Shown here in pieces: positions 9,449 through 19,832 of a stretch of DNA of 64,000 bases. Under the pieces are notes generated by a model, which saw only the letters and a program-made list of their open reading frames with translations, had not been told where the DNA came from and did no database searches. The stretch is from a virus (taxonomy: Duplodnaviria; Caudoviricetes). Both the position numbers and the translations under genes were made by a program. The DNA is taken from positions 60,012-124,011 of IMG/VR virus record IMGVR_UViG_3300019370_000055. One strand, 5' to 3'. Numbering within the stretch: the first letter of the stretch is position 1; the number at the start of each line of letters is the position of its first letter.

Positions 9449-10792
9449 ATGGGAAAAATAATTAACATTCCAGAGGCTCCAAAGCAGCTTATGAAAGTTT
9501 TGCTGGATGCAGGATATGAAGCCTATGTGGTAGGCGGCTGTGTTCGTGATTTTCTGCTGAGTCATGAACCACATGATTGGGATATTTGCACGAATGCACT
9601 TCCTAATCAGATGAAAGAGTGTTTTGCCAGCTATCATGTAATTGAAACTGGCTTCCAGCATGGAACGCTTACTGTCATGGTGGATCATGTTGGATATGAA
9701 ATTACCACATACCGAACAGATGGAGAATATACAGATCATCGGCATCCTGATTCTGTACAGTTTGTTGGTAGGCTCCAAGAAGATTTGATGCGCCGTGATT
9801 TTACAATCAATGCAATGGCTGCTGACATTAGTGGAAAAATCCGAGACTTTTATGATGGACAGTTTGATTTGGAGCATAAGTGGATTCGTTGTGTGGGTGA
9901 TCCTAATAAGCGTTTTATGGAAGATCCATTGCGTATTCTTCGTGCTATGAGGTTTCAATCCAAATTGGGATTTGTAATCGAGCAAAGCACAGAAGATGCC
10001 ATGCGTAGGTATCGGCATTTGCTTCAGTACATTTCAGCAGAGCGAATTAATTCTGAACTAACTGGAATTTTGATGGGCGATTGTTATTCTACACTGACCT
10101 GTTTTCCTGATGTGTTGTCGGTTTGCATTCCTGAAATAAAGCCTTGTATTGGATTTCAGCAGAACAATCCACATCATAATAGAGATGTTTGGGAACATAC
10201 GCTGTTTGCTATTTCTGCGGCTCCTAAAGACCTTTATACTCGGTTGGCGTTGCTGTATCATGATATTGGAAAACCTTTGTGTTATTCGTTTGAGAGCGGT
10301 GTAGGACATTTTTATGGACACGCTGCTATTAGTAAAGACATAGCGGAAAAATCCTTGCGAGGATTACGGTATGATAATCAAACGGTTAAGTTGGTCACAC
10401 AGCTTGTCGAAGCCCACGATAGAACGATTGAACCACGAAAGCCAGTAATTCGCCGCTGCCTGAATAAAATGGGTCTGGAGCAGTTTCTTCGGTTACTGGA
10501 TGTAAAAGAGGCTGACTATGCGGCACAAGCACAGTTATATGGAGATCGGTTGCATAAGATTGAGATTCTTCAAATGACAAATGAAATACTATTAGCACAA
10601 AAATATCAAGAGGATTGTTTCTCTCTCAAAGATTTGGCTATCAATGGAAATGACCTGATCCAGCTTGGATATAAACCCGGAAAAAAGATTGGAGCAGTAT
10701 TAAACCAGTTGCTTGAAATGGTGATTGATGGTATAATGGAAAATAATAAGTGTCAGCTTAGATCATATGCAATAAGTCAAATGGAGGAATAA
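9449..10792 (+). CDS. cca: CCA-adding tRNA nucleotidyltransferase with HD domain
   Basis: VGGCVRD, DWDI, RRDFTINAMA, EDPLRILRA, ERI and HDIGK motifs. Confidence 0.93.
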   Translation: MGKIINIPEAPKQLMKVLLDAGYEAYVVGGCVRDFLLSHEPHDWDICTNALPNQMKECFASYHVIETGFQHGTLTVMVDHVGYEITTYRTDGEYTDHRHPDSVQFVGRLQEDLMRRDFTINAMAADISGKIRDFYDGQFDLEHKWIRCVGDPNKRFMEDPLRILRAMRFQSKLGFVIEQSTEDAMRRYRHLLQYISAERINSELTGILMGDCYSTLTCFPDVLSVCIPEIKPCIGFQQNNPHHNRDVWEHTLFAISAAPKDLYTRLALLYHDIGKPLCYSFESGVGHFYGHAAISKDIAEKSLRGLRYDNQTVKLVTQLVEAHDRTIEPRKPVIRRCLNKMGLEQFLRLLDVKEADYAAQAQLYGDRLHKIEILQMTNEILLAQKYQEDCFSLKDLAINGNDLIQLGYKPGKKIGAVLNQLLEMVIDGIMENNKCQLRSYAISQMEE

Positions 10793-10796
10793 ATTT

Positions 10797-11102
10797 ATGT
10801 TGTTTTTAAAAGGCGATAGAGGAAAAAGTGTTGTATGCGATGCAATTATTCGAGGAAATAGAAATGTGATTTGCTGTCAGTATGTACAAGAAGTTGTTCC
10901 TACATTAAATTCATATATTGTTTCTTTAGATAACTCACAGGAACTTTTGGGTGAGAAACTTTTTCATGAAGTTGAAATAAGTAATCCCGTTATGCTTGTG
11001 ATATATACAAACGAAAAGCAAGAGAATTTAATTGTACTTCAAAAATGGATTAATAAAATTGAAAGTTCTTTCGGTTGTATAGTTGTTCTAACGTGTAAAT
11101 AA
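10797..11102 (+). CDS. hypothetical phage protein
   Basis: ORF with RBS. Confidence 0.55.
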   Translation: MLFLKGDRGKSVVCDAIIRGNRNVICCQYVQEVVPTLNSYIVSLDNSQELLGEKLFHEVEISNPVMLVIYTNEKQENLIVLQKWINKIESSFGCIVVLTCK

Positions 11103-11111
11103 GGTGATAAT

Positions 11112-11459
11112 ATGATTAAGTGGAGATATAAATTAGAGTACCACGGCAAGGCCCTCCGTGAAACTATTAATACTGGTGGCGATGATTTAGAGTCATGTAA
11201 GAAAACGCTTTTAGCTTTAAAGGATTGTTATGACCAGATTAAATCATTAGTGAAAGATGATTGGTGGGAATTTGAAAGTGATTACAATACTTTGAATTTC
11301 TATATTGAAGCATTAAACAATCCAGATGAAGGCAAACGTGAAGATGCTTTGCTGGACGGTGGCTATGATGGGTATAATCCAGCACTGGATTGTGTAAATG
11401 ACAGCCTTAAAACTTTTTATGATCTTTGCGACTATCATAGGATTTGGGTAGGAGTGTAA
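11112..11459 (+). CDS. hypothetical phage protein
   Basis: ORF ending FYDLCDYHRIWV. Confidence 0.65.
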   Translation: MIKWRYKLEYHGKALRETINTGGDDLESCKKTLLALKDCYDQIKSLVKDDWWEFESDYNTLNFYIEALNNPDEGKREDALLDGGYDGYNPALDCVNDSLKTFYDLCDYHRIWVGV

Positions 11460-11460
11460 A

Positions 11461-11712
11461 ATGACAAATAAAGAGAAATTTATTCTTTTGCGAAAAGGTA
11501 TTGAAACAGCAAAAGAATTACAGGACAAAGCAACCGAAGCAGAAGATTTAATTTTCAAAGCATTAGACGATCTTGGCGTTGATTCTGCAAAGCATAATAC
11601 CGCAGCAGAAAATGCCAGTAATCTATTAGAAGCTATATCTTGTTATATACATTATGGAGAATATTCTATTGATGGCTTAATGAAAGAAATTCAGAAGGCA
11701 TATGAGGAATAG
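11461..11712 (+). CDS. hypothetical phage protein
   Basis: ORF with RBS. Confidence 0.6.
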   Translation: MTNKEKFILLRKGIETAKELQDKATEAEDLIFKALDDLGVDSAKHNTAAENASNLLEAISCYIHYGEYSIDGLMKEIQKAYEE

Positions 11713-12044
11713 TAATTATGGAATTGTATTGTAAAACTTGTGATAGACATACGAATCATAAATATATGGGTAATTTTAAAGACGGCAATCGTTTGTTGGG
11801 CAGATATATTTGCAAAGAATGTGGAACAGAACAAGAAGATGAGCCAATGAAAAAGGAGAACAATCATGAAAATGAAATATTTTAATGGCAAAGAACTTGA
11901 CGATGCGAAAATCATTGAAACTTTATCTAAAGTGGTAAGTATGTATGACAATGGCGAAATAGCAGAAGTTAGGGATGAACTTTCTGAAATTGTAAATGCG
12001 ATTGATGAATTTGAAAGACAATACAATATGAAGGAGTAATTCTT

Positions 12045-12302
12045 ATGAAAGAAATTGAACAGATTAATACGTGGCTTGGTCAACGTATGAAGAATATGAG
12101 CGAAGCTGAACTTGCAGAATTGTTTAAAGAAATTTCTGGTTTTCGTAGAACTGGAGTTTTAAAAGGTGAACAGTTAAGAAATTTGGCAAAAGAATTTTCA
12201 GATAATGTTGCTCATACTGACTATGGACAAAATATGCGGTTAGTTGAAGATGAAGTTCTTTTTGAAATGAGCCGTAGATATTATAATTCTTTGTTTTTCT
12301 GA
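12045..12302 (+). CDS. hypothetical phage protein
   Basis: ORF with RBS. Confidence 0.6.
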   Translation: MKEIEQINTWLGQRMKNMSEAELAELFKEISGFRRTGVLKGEQLRNLAKEFSDNVAHTDYGQNMRLVEDEVLFEMSRRYYNSLFF

Positions 12303-12311
12303 GGTATCAGT

Positions 12312-12602
12312 ATGAGAAAATTTGATCACAATTCAACATGGGAAGATGTTCAAAATATGACTATCGAAGAAGCTATTGCTGTACTTTCGCATGATGCTGA
12401 TTCAGATGGAAAGGAATGGTCAGCCAGACCGCATAAAGCAAAGGCTGCTCAAATGGCTATTGAAGCATTGAAAAAGACTGATTATGAAAAATCATGTCTC
12501 GGTTGTATTCGTTCAAATGGCAAATTTCCAGCGGGGTTAGATTGTCATGACTGTTCCAGATGTTATTCTGATTTGTATAAGGAGAAAGAAAATGAGGTTT
12601 AG
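12312..12602 (+). CDS. hypothetical phage protein
   Basis: MTIEEAI..AIEAL plus Cys-rich tail. Confidence 0.6.
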   Translation: MRKFDHNSTWEDVQNMTIEEAIAVLSHDADSDGKEWSARPHKAKAAQMAIEALKKTDYEKSCLGCIRSNGKFPAGLDCHDCSRCYSDLYKEKENEV

Positions 12603-13113
12603 AGATATTCCACAATTTATCAGTGATGGATCATATCAAGTCAACGTGTCGTGGGAGTATATGATGGATTGGCTTGACAGGCTGGTGAACGAAGAAGGAT
12701 TGCAACTTAATCCAGATTTCCAGCGAGGTCATGTTTGGACTGAACAACAACAGATTAAATTTTTGGAGTTCATTCTTCAGGGTGGTAAAACTGGTCGTGT
12801 TCTTTACTTCAACGATCCATACTGGCATAGCTGTGGCCCTAAGACTGGATACAGCGACTTTGTATGTGTTGATGGCCTCCAGCGGATCACAGCTATTCAG
12901 CGTTTTATGAACAATGAAATTCCTGTGTTTGATATGTTTCATTCTGATTTTGAAGGCGATACAGATTTGATTCGTCATAGTATGGTGTTCAATATCAATG
13001 ATCTCAAAACAAAGAAGGAAGTATTACAGTGGTACATTCAGATGAATGCTGGTGGTACGCCGCATTCCGCAGAGGAAATTGATCGTGTGAAAAAGTTGAT
13101 GGAGGAATGTTAA
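12592..13113 (+). CDS. short DUF262 protein
   Basis: LNPDFQRGHVWT, VDGLQR and MNAGGTPH motifs. Confidence 0.85.
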   Translation: MRFRDIPQFISDGSYQVNVSWEYMMDWLDRLVNEEGLQLNPDFQRGHVWTEQQQIKFLEFILQGGKTGRVLYFNDPYWHSCGPKTGYSDFVCVDGLQRITAIQRFMNNEIPVFDMFHSDFEGDTDLIRHSMVFNINDLKTKKEVLQWYIQMNAGGTPHSAEEIDRVKKLMEEC

Positions 13114-13114
13114 A

Positions 13115-13300
13115 ATGAAAATAAAGATTGATACATATTTTGATATATCGTGTTGTCAATGTGCAAAAAGTAGAAGTACAGATTATGAGCAGGGAATGGA
13201 GGTTAGTAAAAGTAAATTATCAAAATTAGCATATTTAGAAGGATGGAAATGTATAAACGGTAAAACGCTTTGTCCTGTTTGTGTAAAAAAGGAGAAATAA
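13115..13300 (+). CDS. small Zn-binding protein
   Basis: CCQC...GW...LCPVC. Confidence 0.55.
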   Translation: MKIKIDTYFDISCCQCAKSRSTDYEQGMEVSKSKLSKLAYLEGWKCINGKTLCPVCVKKEK

Positions 13301-13302
13301 AA

Positions 13303-13488
13303 ATGTGTGAATTTTGTGAGCGATTTGATTTTGGTTCTGCTTCTTATGAAATAGATCGGTATGGAACAAGAATTGTTATGGCTGGTGGTAGCTATCGGTT
13401 TCCACCTGAAAGGCAGTTTGAATTTTGTCCTCGCTGCGGAGCATCCCGTGATGAAATATTAGCCAAGCGTCTTACCGAAAATAATTGA
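13303..13488 (+). CDS. small Zn-binding protein
   Basis: MCEFC...FCPRCG. Confidence 0.6.
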   Translation: MCEFCERFDFGSASYEIDRYGTRIVMAGGSYRFPPERQFEFCPRCGASRDEILAKRLTENN

Positions 13489-13497
13489 GGTGGCAAG

Positions 13498-13725
13498 ATG
13501 AGCGATAAATCTTGGACTAAGATAGATTTAAGGAAAGGTGAAAAGACACTTCCTCCAGCACATAAAAAAGTATTGCTTTACATTAATGGTGAATATCAGA
13601 CTGGCATAATTGGTGGGCTAACGCCATTGTCAACAATCCGTAGATATGCTATTTATGGTAATGTAGTACGGAGTTTAAAATCGTGCAGGGTATGGTGGCA
13701 AGATTTACCGCAGCCGCCTATTTAG
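13498..13725 (+). CDS. DUF551-like small protein
   Basis: W..I....LP...VL ... WWQDLPQPP. Confidence 0.5.
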   Translation: MSDKSWTKIDLRKGEKTLPPAHKKVLLYINGEYQTGIIGGLTPLSTIRRYAIYGNVVRSLKSCRVWWQDLPQPPI

Positions 13726-13752
13726 TAAGCTAAATAACGATATATTCAACAG

Positions 13753-14559
13753 GTGATTGTAATGATTAGAATAAGTGAAAACGAACTAAACCTAAGAACA
13801 ATTATGGATAGTGGTCAGTGTTTTCGTATTTTTATTGTTGAAGAAAGTTACTTTGTTGCTGTTTATGATGTGATTGCAATGAATAAATATGTTCGTGTTT
13901 ATCATGTCAAATCAGAGGGAGCATATTTCTTTAATTGTGATAAGAGCGAATGGGATTTTTGGAATATGTATTTTGACCTTGATACAAACTATGAAAAATT
14001 CTATATCGCTATAGCAAATTCCGATGATAACTTTCTAAAAGATGCAGCAGAGTATGGAAAGGGTATGCGAATATTAAGGCAATCATTTTGGGAGGCACTA
14101 ATTTCTTTTATTATTTCGCAAAATAATAACATACCACGAATTAAAAAGTCTATTGAATTGCTCTGTGAAAAATTTGGTAAGCCTATTGAAAGATATGGGA
14201 TGGTTCGATATTCATTTCCTAATGCAAAAGATTTAGAGAATGTAACTATGGATGATTTGTCTGATTTAGGATTAGGTTATCGTGCAACTTATATCTATGG
14301 TGTATGTAAACGTAATCCAGCTTTGGTTATGCCTAATTACGATATGTTGTTGGCTATTCCGGGTATTGGCAAAAAGGTAGCCTCCTGCATCATGCTATTT
14401 GGTGCATATGATCTTACACAGTTTCCGATTGATACATGGATGAAGAAACTACTGGATGAAGTTTATAATGGGCGTTTTGATACAACCCCATATAAGGGGT
14501 TTGAGGGATTTATTCAGCAACTTCAATTCTATTATTACCGCCATTTGAAAGGAAAATAA
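13753..14559 (+). CDS. 8-oxoguanine DNA glycosylase (OGG/HhH-GPD family)
   Basis: SGQCFR, RILRQ, SQNNNIPRI, GLGYRA, PGIGKKVA and FPIDTW motifs. Confidence 0.92.
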   Translation: MIVMIRISENELNLRTIMDSGQCFRIFIVEESYFVAVYDVIAMNKYVRVYHVKSEGAYFFNCDKSEWDFWNMYFDLDTNYEKFYIAIANSDDNFLKDAAEYGKGMRILRQSFWEALISFIISQNNNIPRIKKSIELLCEKFGKPIERYGMVRYSFPNAKDLENVTMDDLSDLGLGYRATYIYGVCKRNPALVMPNYDMLLAIPGIGKKVASCIMLFGAYDLTQFPIDTWMKKLLDEVYNGRFDTTPYKGFEGFIQQLQFYYYRHLKGK

Positions 14560-14560
14560 A

Positions 14561-14953
14561 ATGCGAAAACCTACAGTAAAGAACAAATATAATCTTACTA
14601 TGGCAAAAATCCGTAAATTAAAAATTGTTGATAGAAGCAAGGTCGGCAAACCTTTGTTTTGGCGTAATGATGTAATTGGCGCATGGTGTATTGTTGGTTC
14701 TGCTGGTAATAAGATGGATGTTGTGTTTGGTACAGATAACGAATTTTGGATTGGCATATATGATGATAATGCTAAAACATATGCAGGAAAGTTTCGTGTC
14801 CATCTTACTTCTTATGGCGGAATGTGTAGCTATAAATTCAATCAATTCTTTAGAGAAAAAGACATTCAATGTGATAATGACTTACGTATTCAAGAAAAGT
14901 TTCTCGGCAAAATAAATGAATTAATTGATTTGGGAATTTTAAGCCAGAGGTGA
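14561..14953 (+). CDS. hypothetical phage protein
   Basis: 130-aa ORF. Confidence 0.65.
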   Translation: MRKPTVKNKYNLTMAKIRKLKIVDRSKVGKPLFWRNDVIGAWCIVGSAGNKMDVVFGTDNEFWIGIYDDNAKTYAGKFRVHLTSYGGMCSYKFNQFFREKDIQCDNDLRIQEKFLGKINELIDLGILSQR

Positions 14954-14957
14954 TATT

Positions 14958-15434
14958 ATGCTATTATATATATTCTTAGTAGTTTTAGTCTTTGCTTTGA
15001 TTTGTGTTGCTCTCTATTTTTATGTTGATTGGAAGGTTGATAAAGAAATTGAGCAAGAACACAAAGAGCGTATTGTTGCTGAAAGTAGACTTACAGAATC
15101 ATTGAAAACATTATGTACTCAACTTGGTATTGGTTTATCATATCATGAAAAACTTGGAACTGCGGCTGGACGTATCTTATATCATTCAATGAATGGGCGA
15201 CTTTTTGTTGATGATGCAAAGATTGAAATTTTAGAAAAGTATAAAGATGAGCCTTATGTTCTTGCTCATGAACTCGGTCATTATATGGCAATCAAGCAAC
15301 GCCAAGATAATTCTGAGCGTGGAGCAGATGATGAAGCTGATAAATTATGTCGGTTAATACTAAATAAAAAAGAACAGGAGTTACTTTCGATTGGTTTAAA
15401 GTGTCATTTTCATAATAAGGAGGTAGATGAATGA
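14958..15434 (+). CDS. membrane-anchored zincin-like metallopeptidase
   Basis: N-terminal TM helix; LAHELGH...E..AD. Confidence 0.7.
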   Translation: MLLYIFLVVLVFALICVALYFYVDWKVDKEIEQEHKERIVAESRLTESLKTLCTQLGIGLSYHEKLGTAAGRILYHSMNGRLFVDDAKIEILEKYKDEPYVLAHELGHYMAIKQRQDNSERGADDEADKLCRLILNKKEQELLSIGLKCHFHNKEVDE

Positions 15435-15880
15435 CTGTAGTAGTCATGTCTCGTGATGCTGCAATGAGATACTGTAGTGAGTATCATAATAAGCCAGCAA
15501 TTATGATTTCAATTTCTGATCCCTATATTACATATCCTACGGAACCATATTGTTCTAATAAAAATGGCCTTGTAGCAATTCAGCCTTTGTTTTTCACAGA
15601 TGCAGATAAACCCGGAAAAGATGTTTATGATCGTGAAGTGACTGAGAATGATCTTATTACCGAGGCCGATGCCCAGCTTGTCAGACAGCTATTAGACAAG
15701 TATCCAGATACAGATGTGATTGTTCATTGTGACGCTGGTATTTCTCGTTCTTCTGGTGTAGCTGCGGCAATCTTGAAAGCCAAAACAGGTGATGACTCGC
15801 AAATTTTTAATAATCCAAAGTATCGTCCTAATATGCGGTGCTATCGGATAGTATTAGATGAATTTATGCAGGAGGATTGA
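15431..15880 (+). CDS. protein-tyrosine/dual-specificity phosphatase-like protein
   Basis: VHCDAGISRS (CX5R). Confidence 0.85.
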   Translation: MTVVVMSRDAAMRYCSEYHNKPAIMISISDPYITYPTEPYCSNKNGLVAIQPLFFTDADKPGKDVYDREVTENDLITEADAQLVRQLLDKYPDTDVIVHCDAGISRSSGVAAAILKAKTGDDSQIFNNPKYRPNMRCYRIVLDEFMQED

Positions 15881-15881
15881 T

Positions 15882-16061
15882 ATGTATTGTAGTGGTGATT
15901 GTAAATATTTAAACAGTAAGAATCATGTTTGCAAACTTACTGGTGAAAAACTTACTCACATGAGATTTGGTAGCAGAGGATTTCGATACCAAGTACATGA
16001 GCATAATGGAATTTGTGAACAAGATAAAATTGAAATGGAGGTAACGAAAAATGGGAAATAA
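15882..16061 (+). CDS. small Cys-rich protein
   Basis: GGAGG RBS; C-x3-C..C. Confidence 0.5.
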   Translation: MYCSGDCKYLNSKNHVCKLTGEKLTHMRFGSRGFRYQVHEHNGICEQDKIEMEVTKNGK

Positions 16062-16920
16062 TCGTGATAGTCTTGGGGATCGCATGAAGCGGTATGAGAA
16101 TGTTCCAAAGGTAAGTCTGGTGCGGCGTATGCCTGTAATTATTCGGCTTGATGGGAAAGCATTTCACACGTTTACCAGAGGTTTTGTAAAGCCGTTTGAT
16201 GCCCTGTTGATGCAGACTATGAATGATACCATGAAATATCTTTGTGAGAATATTCAGGGCTGTGTGATGGCTTATACGCAATCCGATGAAATTTCTCTTG
16301 CGCTGGTAGATTATCAGACACTTACAAGTGATGCTTGGTTTGATAATAATGTTGAGAAAATGTGCAGTATTGCTGCGTCTATGGCTACGTTGGCCTTTAA
16401 TACCGCATGGCGTAGGAATGTTGATATTTGGGCGGCAAGCAAAATTCCCGATTGGTATAATAGTGGTACAAATAATTTGCGCTGCATAGATCAGCCAGCC
16501 GTAAAGCAAGCACAGATTTATTCTTCTCGTTTTGATCGTGCGCTTTTCGATGCTCGTGCTTTTAATGTTCCAAAAGAGGAAGTTATGAACTGCCTTTGCT
16601 GGCGGCAGCAGGACGCTACACGAAATAGTATTCAAGCAGCGGGACAGGCACAGTTTTCACACAAGCAGCTTATGGGGAAGTCTTGTAACGAGATTCAAGA
16701 TATGTTGTTTACAGAGAGGGGCATCAACTGGAACGACTATCCTACATCATGTAAGCGTGGTACGTGTTGTGTTAAGAAGCCTATGACTTTTGAGGCCAGA
16801 GATAAGAATGGTAATGTTACTGGTATCTGTTCTCGTAATAAATGGGTTATTGATACGGAGATTCCTATTTTTAATCGAGAGCCTAACTATATTAATTCTC
16901 GCATTTTTGTTGGTGGTTAA
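16051..16920 (+). CDS. Thg1-like tRNA(His) guanylyltransferase / 3'-5' polymerase
   Basis: RMKRYE, IRLDGKAFHTFT, YTQSDEIS, FDAR and WRQQDATRNSI motifs. Confidence 0.93.
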   Translation: MGNNRDSLGDRMKRYENVPKVSLVRRMPVIIRLDGKAFHTFTRGFVKPFDALLMQTMNDTMKYLCENIQGCVMAYTQSDEISLALVDYQTLTSDAWFDNNVEKMCSIAASMATLAFNTAWRRNVDIWAASKIPDWYNSGTNNLRCIDQPAVKQAQIYSSRFDRALFDARAFNVPKEEVMNCLCWRQQDATRNSIQAAGQAQFSHKQLMGKSCNEIQDMLFTERGINWNDYPTSCKRGTCCVKKPMTFEARDKNGNVTGICSRNKWVIDTEIPIFNREPNYINSRIFVGG

Positions 16921-16938
16921 ATGTAGGAGGGTGATTTA

Positions 16939-17262
16939 ATGAACAATGTTTTTATTAAAGGGCAAGCCCCTGATTTGAATTTGGATCGTAAGCTAAATTT
17001 GCATAATGGTTCATTGATTATCGTAAAGTATGGAGGTGTTGCAACTGGTATTTATATGGTTACATCATTCCGGGACAATAAAAATAAATATGATGGTTGC
17101 AATACTACATCTTATTGTTCACTTGTAAATTTAGATAATGGTTCCTTGGTTTTTGAAGAGCGGTGTAGTCGTAACACTACTGTACGTAGAGTTCTTAATC
17201 ATATTTTACGTCTTGGTTTTTCAATGCCTTATAATCCAAATTCAAAAGAAAATGATGGTTAG
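16939..17262 (+). CDS. hypothetical protein, possibly truncated by a premature TAG
   Basis: The frame continues about 21 codons past TAG 17260. Confidence 0.55.
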   Translation: MNNVFIKGQAPDLNLDRKLNLHNGSLIIVKYGGVATGIYMVTSFRDNKNKYDGCNTTSYCSLVNLDNGSLVFEERCSRNTTVRRVLNHILRLGFSMPYNPNSKENDG

Positions 17263-17332
17263 ATGAAGAATTATGACATTGACTATTATGGGAATGGTAC
17301 GTATAAACTTGAAGTTGATTTGAGGTGATAGT

Positions 17333-17524
17333 ATGAAATTTATTTTGGCGTTCTTTGTTTTGGCATATGTGTTTACATTCTTTTATCCTAAATTTACAGT
17401 TTCATTTAATGGTGTTCGTAACAATAGTTTTTCTGCGAGAATTATAGGAGCATTGGCGGTTGCTATATTGCTAACATTGTTTATTGGTTTGCCGCTCTTA
17501 GGTGTTATTTCATTGTTTGCGTAA
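17333..17524 (+). CDS. small two-TM membrane protein
   Basis: two hydrophobic segments. Confidence 0.6.
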   Translation: MKFILAFFVLAYVFTFFYPKFTVSFNGVRNNSFSARIIGALAVAILLTLFIGLPLLGVISLFA

Positions 17525-17934
17525 TGGGAGGATTTATGGGGATTGGATTTGTACTTGATGAAGAAGGTAATATTATTACATTTGATGATCCAGAAAAGAA
17601 TATTCAACAAAGTTTAAATTCAATTAAACAGGCTGCGAATTATCTTATGCGGGATAATAAGGCTTTACGTGCTACATTAAATAAGTACAATAAAGATGTT
17701 GAGATTAAGGCCAAGGATGATGAGATTCGATCCATTCAGCAGCGGTCTATTAGTGTCCTATCACCAGTAGAGTATGAACGAGATAAGGAATTTCGGGAGC
17801 GACATTATCAGATTTGTAAAAATGGTAGCCATTTTATCTATGATCTTCAGGGAACCGGGATTGGTACTGTAGTAAAAATTAGGTGTCCAGTATGCGGTGT
17901 TGAAGAAGATATTACGGATACAAGCTGCTGGTAA
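17524..17934 (+). CDS. hypothetical protein with C-terminal Zn ribbon
   Basis: H...C ... TGIG..V.I.CPVCG...DITD..W. Confidence 0.65.
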   Translation: MGGFMGIGFVLDEEGNIITFDDPEKNIQQSLNSIKQAANYLMRDNKALRATLNKYNKDVEIKAKDDEIRSIQQRSISVLSPVEYERDKEFRERHYQICKNGSHFIYDLQGTGIGTVVKIRCPVCGVEEDITDTSCW

Positions 17935-17962
17935 AATTTTTAAAGAAATTTCAAAAAACCTC

Positions 17963-17991
17963 TTGACAATAACGGTATAATCAATTATAAT
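17963..17991 (+). promoter_or_regulatory. consensus sigma-A promoter with operator as spacer; second operator at 18041-18057
   Basis: TTGACA-ATAACGGTATAATCAAT-TATAAT. Confidence 0.85.
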
Positions 17992-18078
17992 AAATAATGT
18001 CAGGAGGAACAGTAAGCCAACTGACGATGATTTAAGGTAAATAACGGCGCAATCAATAATTAGAAAGGAAATCAAAAA

Positions 18079-18750
18079 ACGAACATTGAGACTAAGGCAA
18101 ACATCGGAGATACTATTTTCTATCTGAAGAAAATCAATCGTGAAACTTGCCCCATCTGCTCTGGTACTGGTAAGATTTGTATTGGAACGGCAATTAATCC
18201 GAATTTTGATTCGCCTGATAAGTTTGCTGAATCTATCAGTGATCAGATTGAGCAGAATTTGACTCAGATTTTGACAGGCGATGTAAGGGAGTATAATTGT
18301 CCTGAGTGTAAGGGTAAAGGTACTGTCAAGGTTGCTGGTCAGCCTAAGTATGAAGTTGGTTCTGGTACAGTAATTACGATTGATACAAATATGAACTCAA
18401 CATCTACAAATGTTACTTATCGTGTAATTGATAGTGATGGATCAAATAGGACGGTTTCAGATGATAAGATGTATCTGAATCAGGAGGCCGCTGAGAAGGA
18501 GTGTCGTTTTATGAATCTGGAGCGGCGAATGGTTCCTCTTGAGTGTATTCAAATTCCACGTTCTTTTGCAAATACAATTCCTTGCAATGAGAAGCTGATG
18601 CGGCGGCTGGACGAGTGGCGTAGTCATCGTAAGTTTAAGACAGAGATTTATGTAGATGAGAAGTTGAATCTGTTTGATGGTTATACTTCTTTCTTGATGT
18701 ATCGAATGCTGGGTATCTTTGATATTCCTGTTGTGATTTGGCCTGAATGA
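18079..18750 (+). CDS. protein with DnaJ-type CxxCxGxG zinc finger and ParB-like C-terminus; apparent ACG start
   Basis: CPICSGTG and CPECKGKG in one open frame from ACG 18079 behind the AAGGA RBS; LFDGY in C-terminal part. Confidence 0.65.
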   Translation, partial: TNIETKANIGDTIFYLKKINRETCPICSGTGKICIGTAINPNFDSPDKFAESISDQIEQNLTQILTGDVREYNCPECKGKGTVKVAGQPKYEVGSGTVITIDTNMNSTSTNVTYRVIDSDGSNRTVSDDKMYLNQEAAEKECRFMNLERRMVPLECIQIPRSFANTIPCNEKLMRRLDEWRSHRKFKTEIYVDEKLNLFDGYTSFLMYRMLGIFDIPVVIWPE

Positions 18751-18950
18751 AAGAAGCTGTAATGGATTTTGTAATTGGCAACACATATCAAGATCGACAG
18801 GGAGATAAGATCAAGGTTTTGGACATTGCTGAGAATCCACAAGATAAATCAAGGGTGGTTATCTATAATAGGAAAAGCAAAGGCAAGAAAGTTCTCCAGT
18901 CGTTTCATGATATATTAATGGACACTATCAAAAGAAAGGAAATGATGTAA
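18747..18950 (+). CDS. hypothetical phage protein
   Basis: coupled ORF. Confidence 0.5.
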   Translation: MKEAVMDFVIGNTYQDRQGDKIKVLDIAENPQDKSRVVIYNRKSKGKKVLQSFHDILMDTIKRKEMM

Positions 18951-19273
18951 TGAAAACTATTAAAAATATTCTTCTTGCCTTGCTTGCGGTTGTTATCGTG
19001 GTCGGAGGAACTTACACCGCTATTCAGTGGGATGCAATCGTAGGTAAATGGCAGACAGAAGCAGATCGAGAGGTATTTAAGCAGACTACAACATATTCTG
19101 AAGTTGCTGCATCGTTTTTGGCTGATAGTTATAAGCAGTATAATGATGCTGAAACAGATACAGATAAGAATACAATTATGGAGTATGTTGTGATGAGGTA
19201 TCCGAATTTGGATACAGATTCTATTGATAACGCAACTCTGCGCCAGTTTTATAATCAGTGTCTCAATCATTAA
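18950..19273 (+). CDS. membrane-anchored protein
   Basis: N-terminal TM/signal segment. Confidence 0.7.
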   Translation: MKTIKNILLALLAVVIVVGGTYTAIQWDAIVGKWQTEADREVFKQTTTYSEVAASFLADSYKQYNDAETDTDKNTIMEYVVMRYPNLDTDSIDNATLRQFYNQCLNH

Positions 19274-19292
19274 AATATAAGGAGAATATAAA

Positions 19293-19832
19293 ATGAAAAA
19301 GTTTAAGATTGTAGCTATCGCTCTTTGTGCAGTTCTTATGACTGGTATCTTGGCTGGATGTATGTATGATAGTGAGGAAACTCAGTATACCAATGAGTTG
19401 AAGGATCAGATTCAGAATAGTATTGGTTTTCCAAATATCACAAATTTCTTTGAGTATTCTCAGTTGAAAGAAATTTATGAGATGCGTGATAATCCTAATC
19501 TTATCTGTTATTGGTATACCAAGAACGAATATACAGGTAAGTGGATTTATCAGGGAACTTGCATTGGATATGGAATTCCTTATGGCGCAGCGATTACCGC
19601 ACCTGAATCTTCTCAGGAGGCTCGTGGTGGAGGAAGTTATTGGAATATTGTATCGCTTGCAGAGCCGAATGGTCTGTATACTGAAAGTGTTGTTACTACT
19701 GCCACATGGATTCTTACGACAAATGATTCTGGTGAAATTGCACCGACATATGTGGAGAGTGAGATCAGTGTAAGTCAGACTAAGATGGATGCTCGTCTTT
19801 GTGAGGACTGGTCTATTCCTGATAACTATTAA
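19293..19832 (+). CDS. lipoprotein
   Basis: LAGC lipobox; GYGIPY and AEPNGLY motifs. Confidence 0.8.
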   Translation: MKKFKIVAIALCAVLMTGILAGCMYDSEETQYTNELKDQIQNSIGFPNITNFFEYSQLKEIYEMRDNPNLICYWYTKNEYTGKWIYQGTCIGYGIPYGAAITAPESSQEARGGGSYWNIVSLAEPNGLYTESVVTTATWILTTNDSGEIAPTYVESEISVSQTKMDARLCEDWSIPDNY

